DNA of 64,000 nt, taken from positions 126,812 to 190,811 of the forward strand of contig JAZAHK010000006.1 in NCBI GenBank assembly GCA_036231405.1. The letters are read 5' to 3'. Below, piece after piece: positions 51,154-60,559 of the stretch. Source of the stretch: Nitrospinota bacterium. Its GTDB lineage: Bacteria; UBA8248. The position numbers were made by a program, and so were the translations under genes. The notes under the pieces are model-generated. The model saw nothing but the letters and a program-made list of their open reading frames with translations. It searched no databases and was not told the DNA's origin. Position 1 is the stretch's first letter, and every line of letters begins with the position of its first letter.

Positions 51154-52611
51154 TTGCATTCCGCCGCTAGAGAAAAACAAATGAAAAATTTAAAAAGGGA
51201 TCTTTTTTCCCTACTTTCACTAGCAAGTAATGCAACGGAAGCCTATACAGCATGCCTATTCCTAGAGAACAGAAGAAAAGACAAATTTCAGTTAGTTTCA
51301 GTTCATAGTCTTAGCCCACATATTATAGTTGATGCATCAATAGAAACAGGACAAGGTTTTCTTGGATGGGTATTAGAGAATAATGAGCCACTAAGCGTAA
51401 ATCAATTTGATAAAGACACTATAACACTAGGATATTACAGTCGTCACGAAAACATAAAATCATTTATGGCTACCCCTTTGATGAGTAAAAAAACAAGGGG
51501 GGCATTGGCTATAGACAGTAAAAAATCCTGGGTTTTCACAAATAAAACACAAAAGATCATTACAGGGTTCGCTCAACAATTTGCTTACATCGTAGAAGAA
51601 GCACTTTTATCTGCCGAAAAAGAAAAGAAAATGATAGATTTATTCTCTTTTTCAGATTATTTAAATACTCTCAGAATTTGCAGAACAGAAGAACAATTAT
51701 TTGAAAACATATGTAGAGTACCAAGGGAAATAATCCCCTCCGATTCCTGCTTCCTCGTATTGGTTGACGGGGAAGCAGGACGACCTTACTTAGCAAACGC
51801 TTTTGGATTTGACGAACTTTTCTTAGGTAAAATTAAGATACACCCATATCGTAGCATCAGCGGACATGTCATGAAAAAAAACGAATCCTTACGTTTAACA
51901 GACATCAGGGGTGCAAAAGGGAACCAAGCACTTTTCGATCCAGACGAGCCCTCTTTAGATGCACGTTCTGTGATTGCGATACCGCTTTGCGATAATGACA
52001 AAACTTTTGGGGTATTAGGTTTTACAGGAAAAAGGAGAAATCAATTTCAGTCTTTTCTTGTTAAAAGATCAGAAATCATCGGAGAAATTATTTCTGATAT
52101 GATAAAAAAAATTCAATTAGAAAAAAACATAAATACAAAAAAATCGTTTAATACTCAGGCTAATGAGGAAGATGAATTTAACTTGAGGAGACATTTAGAG
52201 GAAATACTTCCTGAACGAAAAAAAACCGGTAGACAAGTATCACTTTTAACGATTTCTGCAAAAACAGGTTTAGACTCTGATATGGAAGGAGATGAAATTA
52301 AAAGTGAAGATATATCACAACACTTGTGGTCTATTCTTAGCGCTTTCAATAAATCAGGAGATATTCTCATGAAGAAAGACAAAAACTGTTTGTTGCTCCT
52401 ACTAGAAAACTCCTCTCAAGAGTACGCGGAAACAATCGTAAAAAGAATTACAAAAATAATAAATAGTTCTTTTTGTCAAGCTGGAGAAAACGACCATGAA
52501 GTGAAAGCTATAGTTGGAACTGCAACTTTTCCACACGATGCACAAGGCCCAGATTCACTAATTTCTGCATCAATTAGATCCTATGAACATTCGGAGATAG
52601 AACTTGATTAA
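51154..52611 (+). CDS. GAF domain protein with C-terminal degenerate GGDEF-like domain
   Basis: Two GAF-like segments are followed by a C-terminus that is GGDEF-like by eye but has no GG(D/E)EF motif (KKDKN at the expected position). The start could be the ATG at 51181. Confidence 0.55.
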   Translation: MHSAAREKQMKNLKRDLFSLLSLASNATEAYTACLFLENRRKDKFQLVSVHSLSPHIIVDASIETGQGFLGWVLENNEPLSVNQFDKDTITLGYYSRHENIKSFMATPLMSKKTRGALAIDSKKSWVFTNKTQKIITGFAQQFAYIVEEALLSAEKEKKMIDLFSFSDYLNTLRICRTEEQLFENICRVPREIIPSDSCFLVLVDGEAGRPYLANAFGFDELFLGKIKIHPYRSISGHVMKKNESLRLTDIRGAKGNQALFDPDEPSLDARSVIAIPLCDNDKTFGVLGFTGKRRNQFQSFLVKRSEIIGEIISDMIKKIQLEKNINTKKSFNTQANEEDEFNLRRHLEEILPERKKTGRQVSLLTISAKTGLDSDMEGDEIKSEDISQHLWSILSAFNKSGDILMKKDKNCLLLLLENSSQEYAETIVKRITKIINSSFCQAGENDHEVKAIVGTATFPHDAQGPDSLISASIRSYEHSEIELD

Positions 52612-53671
52612 AATATTTCAAGAAAAAATTTCAAATTCAAGCAAACTCACAAAAGTATTTGGCTCTTTAATCGGGGAAAAAATAGCTATGGACCTCGGTA
52701 CCGCTAACACGCTTGTATACACAAAGGAAAAAGGGATAGTCGTAGACGAGCCATCTTTTGTAGCTCTGAATACCGAAAATGGAAATTCTATATTAGCAGT
52801 CGGGCAACGAGCAAAAGAAATGTTTGGAAGAACTGCTAGTAAAATTAAAACAATACGGCCAATGAAAGATGGAGTTATAGCAGATTTTGATGTTACAAAA
52901 GCAATGATTAAATATTTCATCAAGTCCGTAATCCCACAAAAAAAATTCACAAAACCAACTATTATGGTTTGCGTTCCTGCTGGCATAACAAGTGTCGAAA
53001 TGAAAGCGGTTATAGATTCTGCACTTCAATGTGGCGCTGGGAAGGTACATCTTATAGAAGAACCAATGGCGGCGGCAATTGGGAGCAAGCTTCCAATCCA
53101 TGATATTTCTGGTTCTATGATTATTGATATTGGCGGCGGGACAACTGAAGTAGCGGTAATAACCCAATATTCAATAGCGTATTCAGAATCTCTTAGAATT
53201 GCAGGTGATACAATGGATGAATGTATTCAGAAACATTTGAAAAGAGAGCACGGACTTCGAATAGGTCCATTTGAAGCTGAAAAGGTTAAAATATCGATTG
53301 GTTCTGCCGTTCCTCTTGCGAAAAAACTTGAATGTGAAGTCACTGGCAGTGATATTTCAACTGGAATACCTAAAACTGTTCTTATGAACGATGGAAATAT
53401 TCGAGAGGCTTTAGGAAGCCCACTAAAAGCAATAGTGGATTCCATCAAAAAAGCATTATCAAAAACGAGCCCTGAACTTGCAACCGATATAAGAAGAAGG
53501 GGTGTTGTTCTTGCTGGCGGAGGTTCATTACTCAAAGGGCTAGGGACAAGACTTCACCAAGAAACAAATCTTCCAATCTATCGTGTCAAGGATCCTTTGA
53601 CAGCAGTTGTTCGTGGCACAGGATTTGTTCTAGATAATTTTAAAAATTTAAATCAAGTTTGCTTGAATTAA
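52604..53671 (+). CDS. mreB: Rod shape-determining protein MreB
   Basis: Contains MDLGTANTLVY, DIGGGTTEVAVI and GGGSLLKGL. The TTG start at 52604 overlaps the upstream stop by 8 nt. Confidence 0.9.
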   Translation: MIKIFQEKISNSSKLTKVFGSLIGEKIAMDLGTANTLVYTKEKGIVVDEPSFVALNTENGNSILAVGQRAKEMFGRTASKIKTIRPMKDGVIADFDVTKAMIKYFIKSVIPQKKFTKPTIMVCVPAGITSVEMKAVIDSALQCGAGKVHLIEEPMAAAIGSKLPIHDISGSMIIDIGGGTTEVAVITQYSIAYSESLRIAGDTMDECIQKHLKREHGLRIGPFEAEKVKISIGSAVPLAKKLECEVTGSDISTGIPKTVLMNDGNIREALGSPLKAIVDSIKKALSKTSPELATDIRRRGVVLAGGGSLLKGLGTRLHQETNLPIYRVKDPLTAVVRGTGFVLDNFKNLNQVCLN

Positions 53672-53687
53672 CTTCAATCCCCCCCAT

Positions 53688-53726
53688 AGCCGGAGATTTA
53701 CGTTATGATTAAGTGAGTTTCCGGCT
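53688..53726 (+). terminator. GC-rich hairpin (AGCCGGA / TCCGGCT, 25-nt loop) downstream of mreB; weak terminator candidate
   Basis: Stem read from the sequence; there is no clean U-tract. Confidence 0.2.
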
Positions 53727-53794
53727 CACATTATCTTAAAATTTTACTTCTTTAAAAAACAAAATTAGATTACCATCTAGCAACATGCATTAAA

Positions 53795-54073
53795 ATGGAG
53801 ACATATATGACTTTCAATATTCAAGAAAATAAAATATCTATGTTAGCTAGTTTAGACGAAATGAAACTAGTTTACAGAGTCCTTCACAAACATATCACAG
53901 AAAATCTAGAACTGATGGATTCTACGTTTTTGGAAAACTTGCAATCATCACTTCAAGAAAAAGCTCAAGAGGAAGGTATTGATATTGGACATCATATGGC
54001 CTGGGATCAGTGGTTGGGTAACGAATCCCCAATATCCTGTGAAGAGCGTGTAAAAAAAAGAAAACAATTTTAA
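53795..54073 (+). CDS. Hypothetical small protein (92 aa)
   Basis: ORF only; it is convergent with the sigma-like gene and overlaps it by 4 nt. Confidence 0.3.
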   Translation: METYMTFNIQENKISMLASLDEMKLVYRVLHKHITENLELMDSTFLENLQSSLQEKAQEEGIDIGHHMAWDQWLGNESPISCEERVKKRKQF

Positions 54074-54984
54074 GAAATTACCGGATTTTGACATACAATA
54101 TTTCGAAACAAATGCCCATCCATATACCATTTTAAAGAACAAATAAACTTTTCATCTGCTAAAAACAATATAACTGCGGATCGAGACCATTCAGAATTAT
54201 TGTCTGATCTAGACCATACCAAAAAACCGAAACAACCATTCAATTCAATTAAATCAAGGTGAAGAATTTTTCCAGATTTCTTCAAGAGTTCTAAGCAAGC
54301 TGTAGAAACAAATTCATTCCCTGTTCTTTTTTCTTCACTTACCACTAGTTCGACATCATTGAGAAAAATCTTTTCAAGAAGAACTCGATTTCTAGACCGT
54401 AGAGCACTTAGAAATTCCTTAATTAACTGATCAGTTTTTACACTTCCATTAGAGTCGGGGAAAGGGATATTTTTTTTCCACTTATTAAAGATTAAGGAAT
54501 ATTGTTTTTTGCTGTCTTCAAGAATTTCCAAAACCTTTCTTTCTTCAATTTCCAGAATCTCTGAAGAAAGAGAAATATAATCATTTTTAAAATAATTTTT
54601 AAGAACTAAAATTAGACGTTCTTCAAAATTCATATATTGCAAAAAAAACAAAAATTCAAAAGATGTTTCAATATTCAAATTTTTCATAGAGGAAACTTGT
54701 TCCTTATAGTCCTCTTGTAGAAAAGGAGCAAAATCAGGGAAATCAAATTCATAGAGAGGCAATGCAGTTTTATCCCTATTTCTTTTCCTTGAATGTTTAG
54801 CTATTTCTACCATAAACCACTTATAAATATCTAATTGTGAATCTGTTGAATTAGAATCTTCAATTGATAATAAAACAACTTCTTGGACAATATCTTCTGC
54901 ATCAAAGAGGTTTAAGTTAAGAGTAAACGAAAATTCCCTCATTAAACTGTCATGAGAAGATAAAAATTCTTCCAAATCAAACAT
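54070..54984 (-). CDS. ECF-type sigma-70 family protein with about 130-aa C-terminal (NTF2/SnoaL-like?) extension
   Basis: DAEDIVQEVVLLSIE resembles sigma region 2.1-2.2. KWFMVEIAKHSRKRNRDK resembles region 2.4. FEERLILVLKNYFKNDYISLSSEILEIEERKV resembles region 4. Confidence 0.4.
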   Translation of the reverse strand: MFDLEEFLSSHDSLMREFSFTLNLNLFDAEDIVQEVVLLSIEDSNSTDSQLDIYKWFMVEIAKHSRKRNRDKTALPLYEFDFPDFAPFLQEDYKEQVSSMKNLNIETSFEFLFFLQYMNFEERLILVLKNYFKNDYISLSSEILEIEERKVLEILEDSKKQYSLIFNKWKKNIPFPDSNGSVKTDQLIKEFLSALRSRNRVLLEKIFLNDVELVVSEEKRTGNEFVSTACLELLKKSGKILHLDLIELNGCFGFLVWSRSDNNSEWSRSAVILFLADEKFICSLKWYMDGHLFRNIVCQNPVIS

Positions 54985-54994
54985 TTTAAAAGCT

Positions 54995-55657
54995 TTATGA
55001 ATTTAAAAACATTGTTTTGATATCAGGATCAATTTTTAAAGTGGCGCTTGTTTTTTCTATAACCTCAGATTTATCAATCCCTGGAGCAAGTTCACGCAAA
55101 ACAAGACCTTCCTTTTCTACTGTTATTAATGCCAAATCAGTCAAGATAATATCAACCACCCCTTTCCCTGTTAAAGGGAGAGTACATTGCTTAAGAATTT
55201 TTGGTGCGCCACGTTTTGTAATATGTTCCATGGTAACCATAACTTTCCTTGCTCCAACAACCAAGTCCATAGCTCCACCCATTCCAGAAATCATTTTCCC
55301 AGGAATCGCCCAGTTAGCAAGATCTCCGTTTTCTGCAACTTCCATTGCGCCAAGTATAGTAACATCAATATGTCCACCACGGACCATGGAAAACGAAAGG
55401 GAGCTATCAAAAAAAGAACCGCCTTCTTGAATCGTGACAGTTTCTTTACTTGCATTTATTAAATCAGGATCTTCCTCGCCAGAGATTGGTGATGGACCTA
55501 AATTTAGTATTCCATTTTCAGAATGTATTGTTATTTTTTGTAGATCTTTAAGGTAATTAGAAACAAGTGTAGGTATTCCCAGCCCTAAGTTAACGTAGCC
55601 TCCAACAGGTAATTCAGAAGCTGCTCTTTCTGCTATTTGTTCTCTAGTTAAAGGCAT
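54995..55657 (-). CDS. 3-oxoacid CoA-transferase subunit B
   Basis: Starts MPLTREQIAERAASELPVGGYVNLGLGIP; the ORF is 220 aa. Confidence 0.9.
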   Translation of the reverse strand: MPLTREQIAERAASELPVGGYVNLGLGIPTLVSNYLKDLQKITIHSENGILNLGPSPISGEEDPDLINASKETVTIQEGGSFFDSSLSFSMVRGGHIDVTILGAMEVAENGDLANWAIPGKMISGMGGAMDLVVGARKVMVTMEHITKRGAPKILKQCTLPLTGKGVVDIILTDLALITVEKEGLVLRELAPGIDKSEVIEKTSATLKIDPDIKTMFLNS

Positions 55658-55680
55658 TAAATTTGCTCCTGTTTTTTTCT

Positions 55681-56379
55681 CTATTTTCTAATTTTTAAAA
55701 TTTCAATTGGCTTCGTTGAATCCTCTCCCTTCACAATTCTGTCTACAAAAATACCAGGAGTATGTACTTCATCAGGATTAAAGCTTCCGACTGAAACTAT
55801 TTCTTCTACTTCAACAATAGTGGTATTGGAAGCAGTTGCCATTATGGGATTAAAATTTCTTGCGCTTTGTCTATAAAGAAGATTGCCATTATGATCTGCC
55901 TTCCACGCTCTAATAAACGAATAGTCTGCTTTAATAGGCTCTTCAAATATATGCTCAACCCCATTTATCACTCTCGTTTCTTTATTCTCTGCGACAACCG
56001 TTCCCGCACCTGTTGGTGTAAAAAATCCACCAATCCCAGATCCTCCTGCACGAATCCTTTCAGCGAAAGTTCCCTGTGGACAAATTTCAATTTTAATCTC
56101 TTCGTTCATTACTTGTTCTTCATATGCCTTACAGGCAGGGCCAACTCTACTTGCTATAATAGAACTTACTTTCTTCTTTTCGAAAAGGAGACCTGCACCC
56201 CAATTATCCATTCCTCCTGCATTACTTATAAGATGAAAATTACCAACATTTTCTCTTTCACTAAGGGCAAAACATAAATTATGAGCCATTCCACAAATAC
56301 CAAAACCTCCTATTAAAATAGACGCACCATCATGGATATCTGAAACAGCCTTAATCGAACTTTCAAAAACTTTAGACAT
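55681..56379 (-). CDS. 3-oxoacid CoA-transferase subunit A
   Basis: The ATG at 56379 (MSKVFESSIKAVSDIHDGASILIGGFG) is preceded by AGAGAG. Confidence 0.9.
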   Translation of the reverse strand: MSKVFESSIKAVSDIHDGASILIGGFGICGMAHNLCFALSERENVGNFHLISNAGGMDNWGAGLLFEKKKVSSIIASRVGPACKAYEEQVMNEEIKIEICPQGTFAERIRAGGSGIGGFFTPTGAGTVVAENKETRVINGVEHIFEEPIKADYSFIRAWKADHNGNLLYRQSARNFNPIMATASNTTIVEVEEIVSVGSFNPDEVHTPGIFVDRIVKGEDSTKPIEILKIRK

Positions 56380-56405
56380 GCACTCTCTCAATTTTTTTTA
56401 AAAGA

Positions 56406-58628
56406 TCAACTGTCAAATATTCTCTTAAATAAACTTTTCACGGGAGAATATTGCTTAACAACAAAAACCGTTTTCTCAGAATTACGTGCAATTCTATCGG
56501 GTGTTGAACCAACAGTTCTCTTAAAAAAACTATCTCTCGATGCACCTATCATGATCGCATCATAGTTTTCTGATTCGTCAATAATCCCATAAGTAACAGA
56601 AGAATTTTTTATCATTTTTGCATCGACTAAAGGACCATTTAAATCTTGAATTCTAGCTTCCGCTTCCAAAAGATCGGAAAGTATTATATCTTCTTTTTCA
56701 ACAGAAATGTTCGTACCTACAACAGTACATAGATGAATTAAACCTTTATCTTTTTCTAGCAACGATGAAGCATATTTTTCTGCCAAAACAGTGTTAACTC
56801 CTCCCGAGGTAGGAAGAATAATTTTTTCTAGATTCAAATCTCCTTCTATTTTTGCTAACAGAATATTAGCCCTAGCGTATTTCACCACATCATCTACAAC
56901 TTCCCCCATAATGCGGTTCGCAGTCGAAGTATATCCCCTCCATCCAAGAAGAATAAGATCACACTGCCATTCTCTAGAAGTTTCTAAGATGGCTCTAGCT
57001 GGTTTGTGTGCAACACGGATTACTGAATTCATGCTAACACCTTTACTTGCAAGGATTTCATGAGCTTTTTCCATTAGTGCATGCTCTTTTTCTGCATCTA
57101 CATCCTCTGCTCTTGGTGTTATCTGTTCTGGTACAGTTAAAACACGGAGTACAACTACTTCCCCTGGATGTTCGTTTTCATAATGATCATTAGCAATGGA
57201 AGAAGCTAAATTTAGCAATTTTTCCATATTTTCCGGATTTGATATAGGAACTAGTACCCTAAATCGATCTTCTTCATTAAAATTGCTTGACTCAGCAACT
57301 AAAGACGGATCCCCAGGAAGAGCCTCTTCGTCAACCTGAAAACCTTTCCAAGCGAAAAAACCTAAAACCCCAAACAGCAACCACATAACTGCAAAGAAAA
57401 CAGTTTCTAAATATTGGAAAAGAAGAACTATTAAATAAAGATTGGCAAGTATTGCAATAATAGGAAAAATCGGGACGAAAGGAACACGAAATGGTCTTCT
57501 TACTTTAGGAAATTTTCTACGACTATAAATTAAAGCAAAGTTTACAAAAACCAAGCCAAGAAGAAGTATTAAGTCTGTAAAATGAGCAAGATTCTCAAGT
57601 TGAAAACTCCTCGAAATCTCCATAGTTAGTGCACCTACCAAAAGCAAAGAAATTATAGGAGTTCTGGTTCTAGGATTTATTGCACCTATCCCTTCAGGTA
57701 ATTGTCCAAGTTGACTCATTGACAAAATTATTCTTGAACTTGCCAAAATAGATGCATTCGAGGCAGAAATCATTGAAAATAAAGATCCCAAAACAATCAC
57801 CATCCCGCCTACTGGACCAAGTAATGTTTTCGCTACGCTCCCCATTGCTGCTTCTGTGTATTCGTTTAAGTCAGCAGCTACCAAAACCAAAATAACTAAA
57901 GTGTACAGCACAGTAACGATACCAAAAGACCAGAAAATAGCTCGAGGAATTGTCCTAATTGGCCTTCGAACCTCTCCTGCAGAAGCAGCAATAGCAGAAA
58001 ATCCAAAAAAAGTGATAAAGACCAGGCCTGCTGTAGAACCAATCTTCATAAAATCACCACTCATCTTTTCTGCCATAATTTCAAAATTAACATCTTTAAA
58101 TCCAAAAGAAACGAACCATAAAAGAAGGACGACCTTCCCGGCTGTTATGAAAATTTGGAACCTTGCGCTCTCTTTTGTGCCTTTAATATTTAAGAGTACA
58201 AGTGCGCCTAAAGATAGTAATCCTGCCATTCCTTCGAATGGAGAGTGCCAGACAAATTCCTGAAAATAACTCGAGAGACTGGTAATATAAAAAGCGCAAG
58301 AAGATGTATACCCGACAAGTAAAGTCCACCCAACAAAATACGCTAATGGTGGAGAAAACGTTCTCCTCGCATATAAATACCCACCACCAGATTCAGGGTA
58401 CATAGTTGAAAACTCACAGTAAACCATAGCAGTTAGAAGTGCTACGAAAGCTGCAATCAAAAAAGCAAAAATTGCACCAGAACCTACATTTCTTATAGCA
58501 AGACCAGATAAGGTGAAAATACCTGCAGCAATCATCGTTCCGACACCGATAGATAAAGCAGATGCAAAACCCATATCTCTACTTAACTGTGGTTTTACTG
58601 ATACTTTTGACTTAGAGGAATTGCTCAT
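56406..58628 (-). CDS. APC-family amino acid permease fused to two C-terminal UspA (universal stress protein) domains
   Basis: A 12-TM APC core of about 430 aa is followed by two Usp-like alpha/beta modules (VLVPISNPE..., ILPTSGG...). Confidence 0.8.
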   Translation of the reverse strand: MSNSSKSKVSVKPQLSRDMGFASALSIGVGTMIAAGIFTLSGLAIRNVGSGAIFAFLIAAFVALLTAMVYCEFSTMYPESGGGYLYARRTFSPPLAYFVGWTLLVGYTSSCAFYITSLSSYFQEFVWHSPFEGMAGLLSLGALVLLNIKGTKESARFQIFITAGKVVLLLWFVSFGFKDVNFEIMAEKMSGDFMKIGSTAGLVFITFFGFSAIAASAGEVRRPIRTIPRAIFWSFGIVTVLYTLVILVLVAADLNEYTEAAMGSVAKTLLGPVGGMVIVLGSLFSMISASNASILASSRIILSMSQLGQLPEGIGAINPRTRTPIISLLLVGALTMEISRSFQLENLAHFTDLILLLGLVFVNFALIYSRRKFPKVRRPFRVPFVPIFPIIAILANLYLIVLLFQYLETVFFAVMWLLFGVLGFFAWKGFQVDEEALPGDPSLVAESSNFNEEDRFRVLVPISNPENMEKLLNLASSIANDHYENEHPGEVVVLRVLTVPEQITPRAEDVDAEKEHALMEKAHEILASKGVSMNSVIRVAHKPARAILETSREWQCDLILLGWRGYTSTANRIMGEVVDDVVKYARANILLAKIEGDLNLEKIILPTSGGVNTVLAEKYASSLLEKDKGLIHLCTVVGTNISVEKEDIILSDLLEAEARIQDLNGPLVDAKMIKNSSVTYGIIDESENYDAIMIGASRDSFFKRTVGSTPDRIARNSEKTVFVVKQYSPVKSLFKRIFDS

Positions 58629-58731
58629 AAAATTTTAGTGCTCCATCCTTTTATTTAAACCAAGAATTTTTACAATGAATTTTTTAAGAGAATGACATTT
58701 TTTTTAAAAAATGCAAATAGGGATTTAAATT

Positions 58732-59325
58732 TTATGAGTTAGAAAACGATAAATTAACCTTTTGTACCTTGTAAGTACTATCTTGTGAATTAATTGGTTC
58801 GAAAACATGACATTCTTCTATTTCTTTTGGATATATATGGATTGAAACTGAAATATCGGCACTACGATTTGCAACCATGTGTATATCCGCACAACCACAA
58901 ACATTATTTGGAGTATCTGCTTGGGGATTATGTGTCTCCTGTCCAGTTAAATAAACAAAATCCTTTTCAAGATTTTCTTCTTTATTTAAAAAATTTTTTA
59001 CTACAAGTTCACCTTTCACCATTCCAACAATTCCCCATTGACCATCATGATCATGAATAGGAGTATCTTGTTCAGGTTTCCATACCATGGCAGCTATAGT
59101 AAAGTAATCATCTGGATGTCGAAAAATGAGGTGTCTCGCATAATTAGAATCATCTGTTTTAAAAGCGTAATCTGGCAAGAAATCTTTTTCCATTAAAAGT
59201 CTACGAAGTCCGGGTTCGCTAGCACTCATAAAATCACGACCTCGAAAGCCTTGCGTATATAAAAATTCTAAACTTTTTGAGAAACGATCTATAGATCCGC
59301 TAATTTTAATATTGGATGTATTCAT
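58732..59325 (-). CDS. Cysteine dioxygenase type I-like cupin protein
   Basis: The 3-His cupin motif TPIHDHDGQWG is followed by CGCADIHMV; the ORF is 197 aa. Confidence 0.45.
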   Translation of the reverse strand: MNTSNIKISGSIDRFSKSLEFLYTQGFRGRDFMSASEPGLRRLLMEKDFLPDYAFKTDDSNYARHLIFRHPDDYFTIAAMVWKPEQDTPIHDHDGQWGIVGMVKGELVVKNFLNKEENLEKDFVYLTGQETHNPQADTPNNVCGCADIHMVANRSADISVSIHIYPKEIEECHVFEPINSQDSTYKVQKVNLSFSNS

Positions 59326-59409
59326 AAATTACTCCATTAAAGAAATCACTAAATTAATTTCAACATATCGGAAAATTAATGTCGAGGGTATGAGAGTAAA
59401 TATGAAAGA

Positions 59410-59440
59410 TTAATCCCCTCGTAAATTTCGAGGGGATTAA
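59410..59440 (-). terminator. Intrinsic terminator-like hairpin (TTAATCCCCTCG-7nt-CGAGGGGATTAA) downstream of hsp20
   Basis: Perfect 12-bp stem with AT-rich flanks, lying between the hsp20 stop and the CDO-like start. Confidence 0.5.
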
Positions 59441-59458
59441 TTAATTAGGATGAATTAT

Positions 59459-59881
59459 TTAGCTAATGTTAATTTTCTTTGGTTTAGACTTTTCGGACAA
59501 AGGAATAGTAATTAACAAAACACCATCTTTCAATTCTGCGTTGGTTTTATCCCCATCAACCGCATCAGGTAGTCGTAAACTCCTGTTAAATGAAGAATAA
59601 TTTCTTTCTCTTTTTATATATTTATATTTAGAATCAATTTTATTTTCATTAAGAATTGACTTAATTGTTAAAACATTATCATGTACTTGAACATCCAAAT
59701 CCTTTTTTTTACAACCTGGTAAAGAAGCTTTAATTATATATTCGTCATCACTTTTAGAAATGTCAATTGGTAAAAAATCATCTTCAGTTAAATTACTTCT
59801 GTAAAAAGATTCATCATTAAAAAAGTTATCTAAGGATGAATGAAACAAACTAAGCGGTGTTAAAGAAATCAGATTATTCAT
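59459..59881 (-). CDS. Hsp20/alpha-crystallin family small heat shock protein
   Basis: An ACD core (ASLPGCKKKDLDVQVHDNVLTIK...GVLLITIP); the ORF is 140 aa. Confidence 0.85.
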   Translation of the reverse strand: MNNLISLTPLSLFHSSLDNFFNDESFYRSNLTEDDFLPIDISKSDDEYIIKASLPGCKKKDLDVQVHDNVLTIKSILNENKIDSKYKYIKRERNYSSFNRSLRLPDAVDGDKTNAELKDGVLLITIPLSEKSKPKKINIS

Positions 59882-59928
59882 TTTTAATCCTCCAAATAAG
59901 CAAAAAAAATTAATTAAAATTCAAATGA

Positions 59929-59957
59929 AATTTAATATATGAGTCATTAATTGTCAA
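59929..59957 (-). promoter_or_regulatory. Putative promoter for hsp20 (TTGACA -35, 17-18 nt spacer, TTAAAT/TAAATT -10)
   Basis: Hexamers read on the minus strand. An RBS (GGAGG) lies 8 nt before the ATG. Confidence 0.3.
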
Positions 59958-60086
59958 GTTATTTTATTATATTAACATCATATTATATGATATTAATATA
60001 ATAAATCACGTTAATATAAATATTCTCAATTACTTAGAGTCTATTTTATTTGCAATAATTTTTTTATTATTCATTCAGGAAGGTAG

Positions 60087-60130
60087 TTTAGGGAGCATTT
60101 TTTAAAAAAAATTACGAAACGCTCCCTAAA
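60087..60130 (-). other. Perfect 10-bp inverted repeat (TTTAGGGAGC...GCTCCCTAAA, 24-nt AT loop) immediately 3' of the cupin gene
   Basis: Read from the sequence; no U-tract follows, so it may be a terminator or a regulatory hairpin. Confidence 0.35.
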
Positions 60131-60134
60131 AAAT

Positions 60135-60527
60135 TTAAGCTGAAAAATACTCTTGATCTTCTGGCTTTTGCTTCCAATTTGGATTCGTAGGCCATTCTTT
60201 GTGACGTGAAACCTTATCACCACCATATCTAACCCTATAAAGAAGTGTTCTTTCATTTCCATTTGTATACTCATGGATTTCACCTGGAGGATGAACAATA
60301 AAAGCTCCTGGAGTAACATTTACATTGCCATCAAGAGTCTTCATAGAACCTCCACCCTGGAAACAAAAATAAATTTCAGTTGCATGAGGATGGCAATGAT
60401 ATGGACTCACCTGCCCAGGCTCCCAGCACGCTACAGTTACATCACCCTCGCCAAAAGTGCCAAGTATTTTCTCAACATGCTTTTCTTGATTAAATTCTTG
60501 TTCTTTCAATAAATCAAACACATGCAT
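60135..60527 (-). CDS. Cupin domain-containing protein
   Basis: Contains PYHCHPHATEIYFCFQGGG...GEIHEY and is 130 aa. Confidence 0.7.
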   Translation of the reverse strand: MHVFDLLKEQEFNQEKHVEKILGTFGEGDVTVACWEPGQVSPYHCHPHATEIYFCFQGGGSMKTLDGNVNVTPGAFIVHPPGEIHEYTNGNERTLLYRVRYGGDKVSRHKEWPTNPNWKQKPEDQEYFSA

Positions 60528-60559
60528 ATATAAAACCTCCTTTTATAAAAATTAAAATT

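Noticed and set aside
59882-60000. CIRCE or HAIR heat-shock operator upstream of hsp20
   Set aside because: The palindrome present (ATCATATTATATGAT) does not match the TTAGCACTC-N9-GAGTGCTAA or HAIR consensus.
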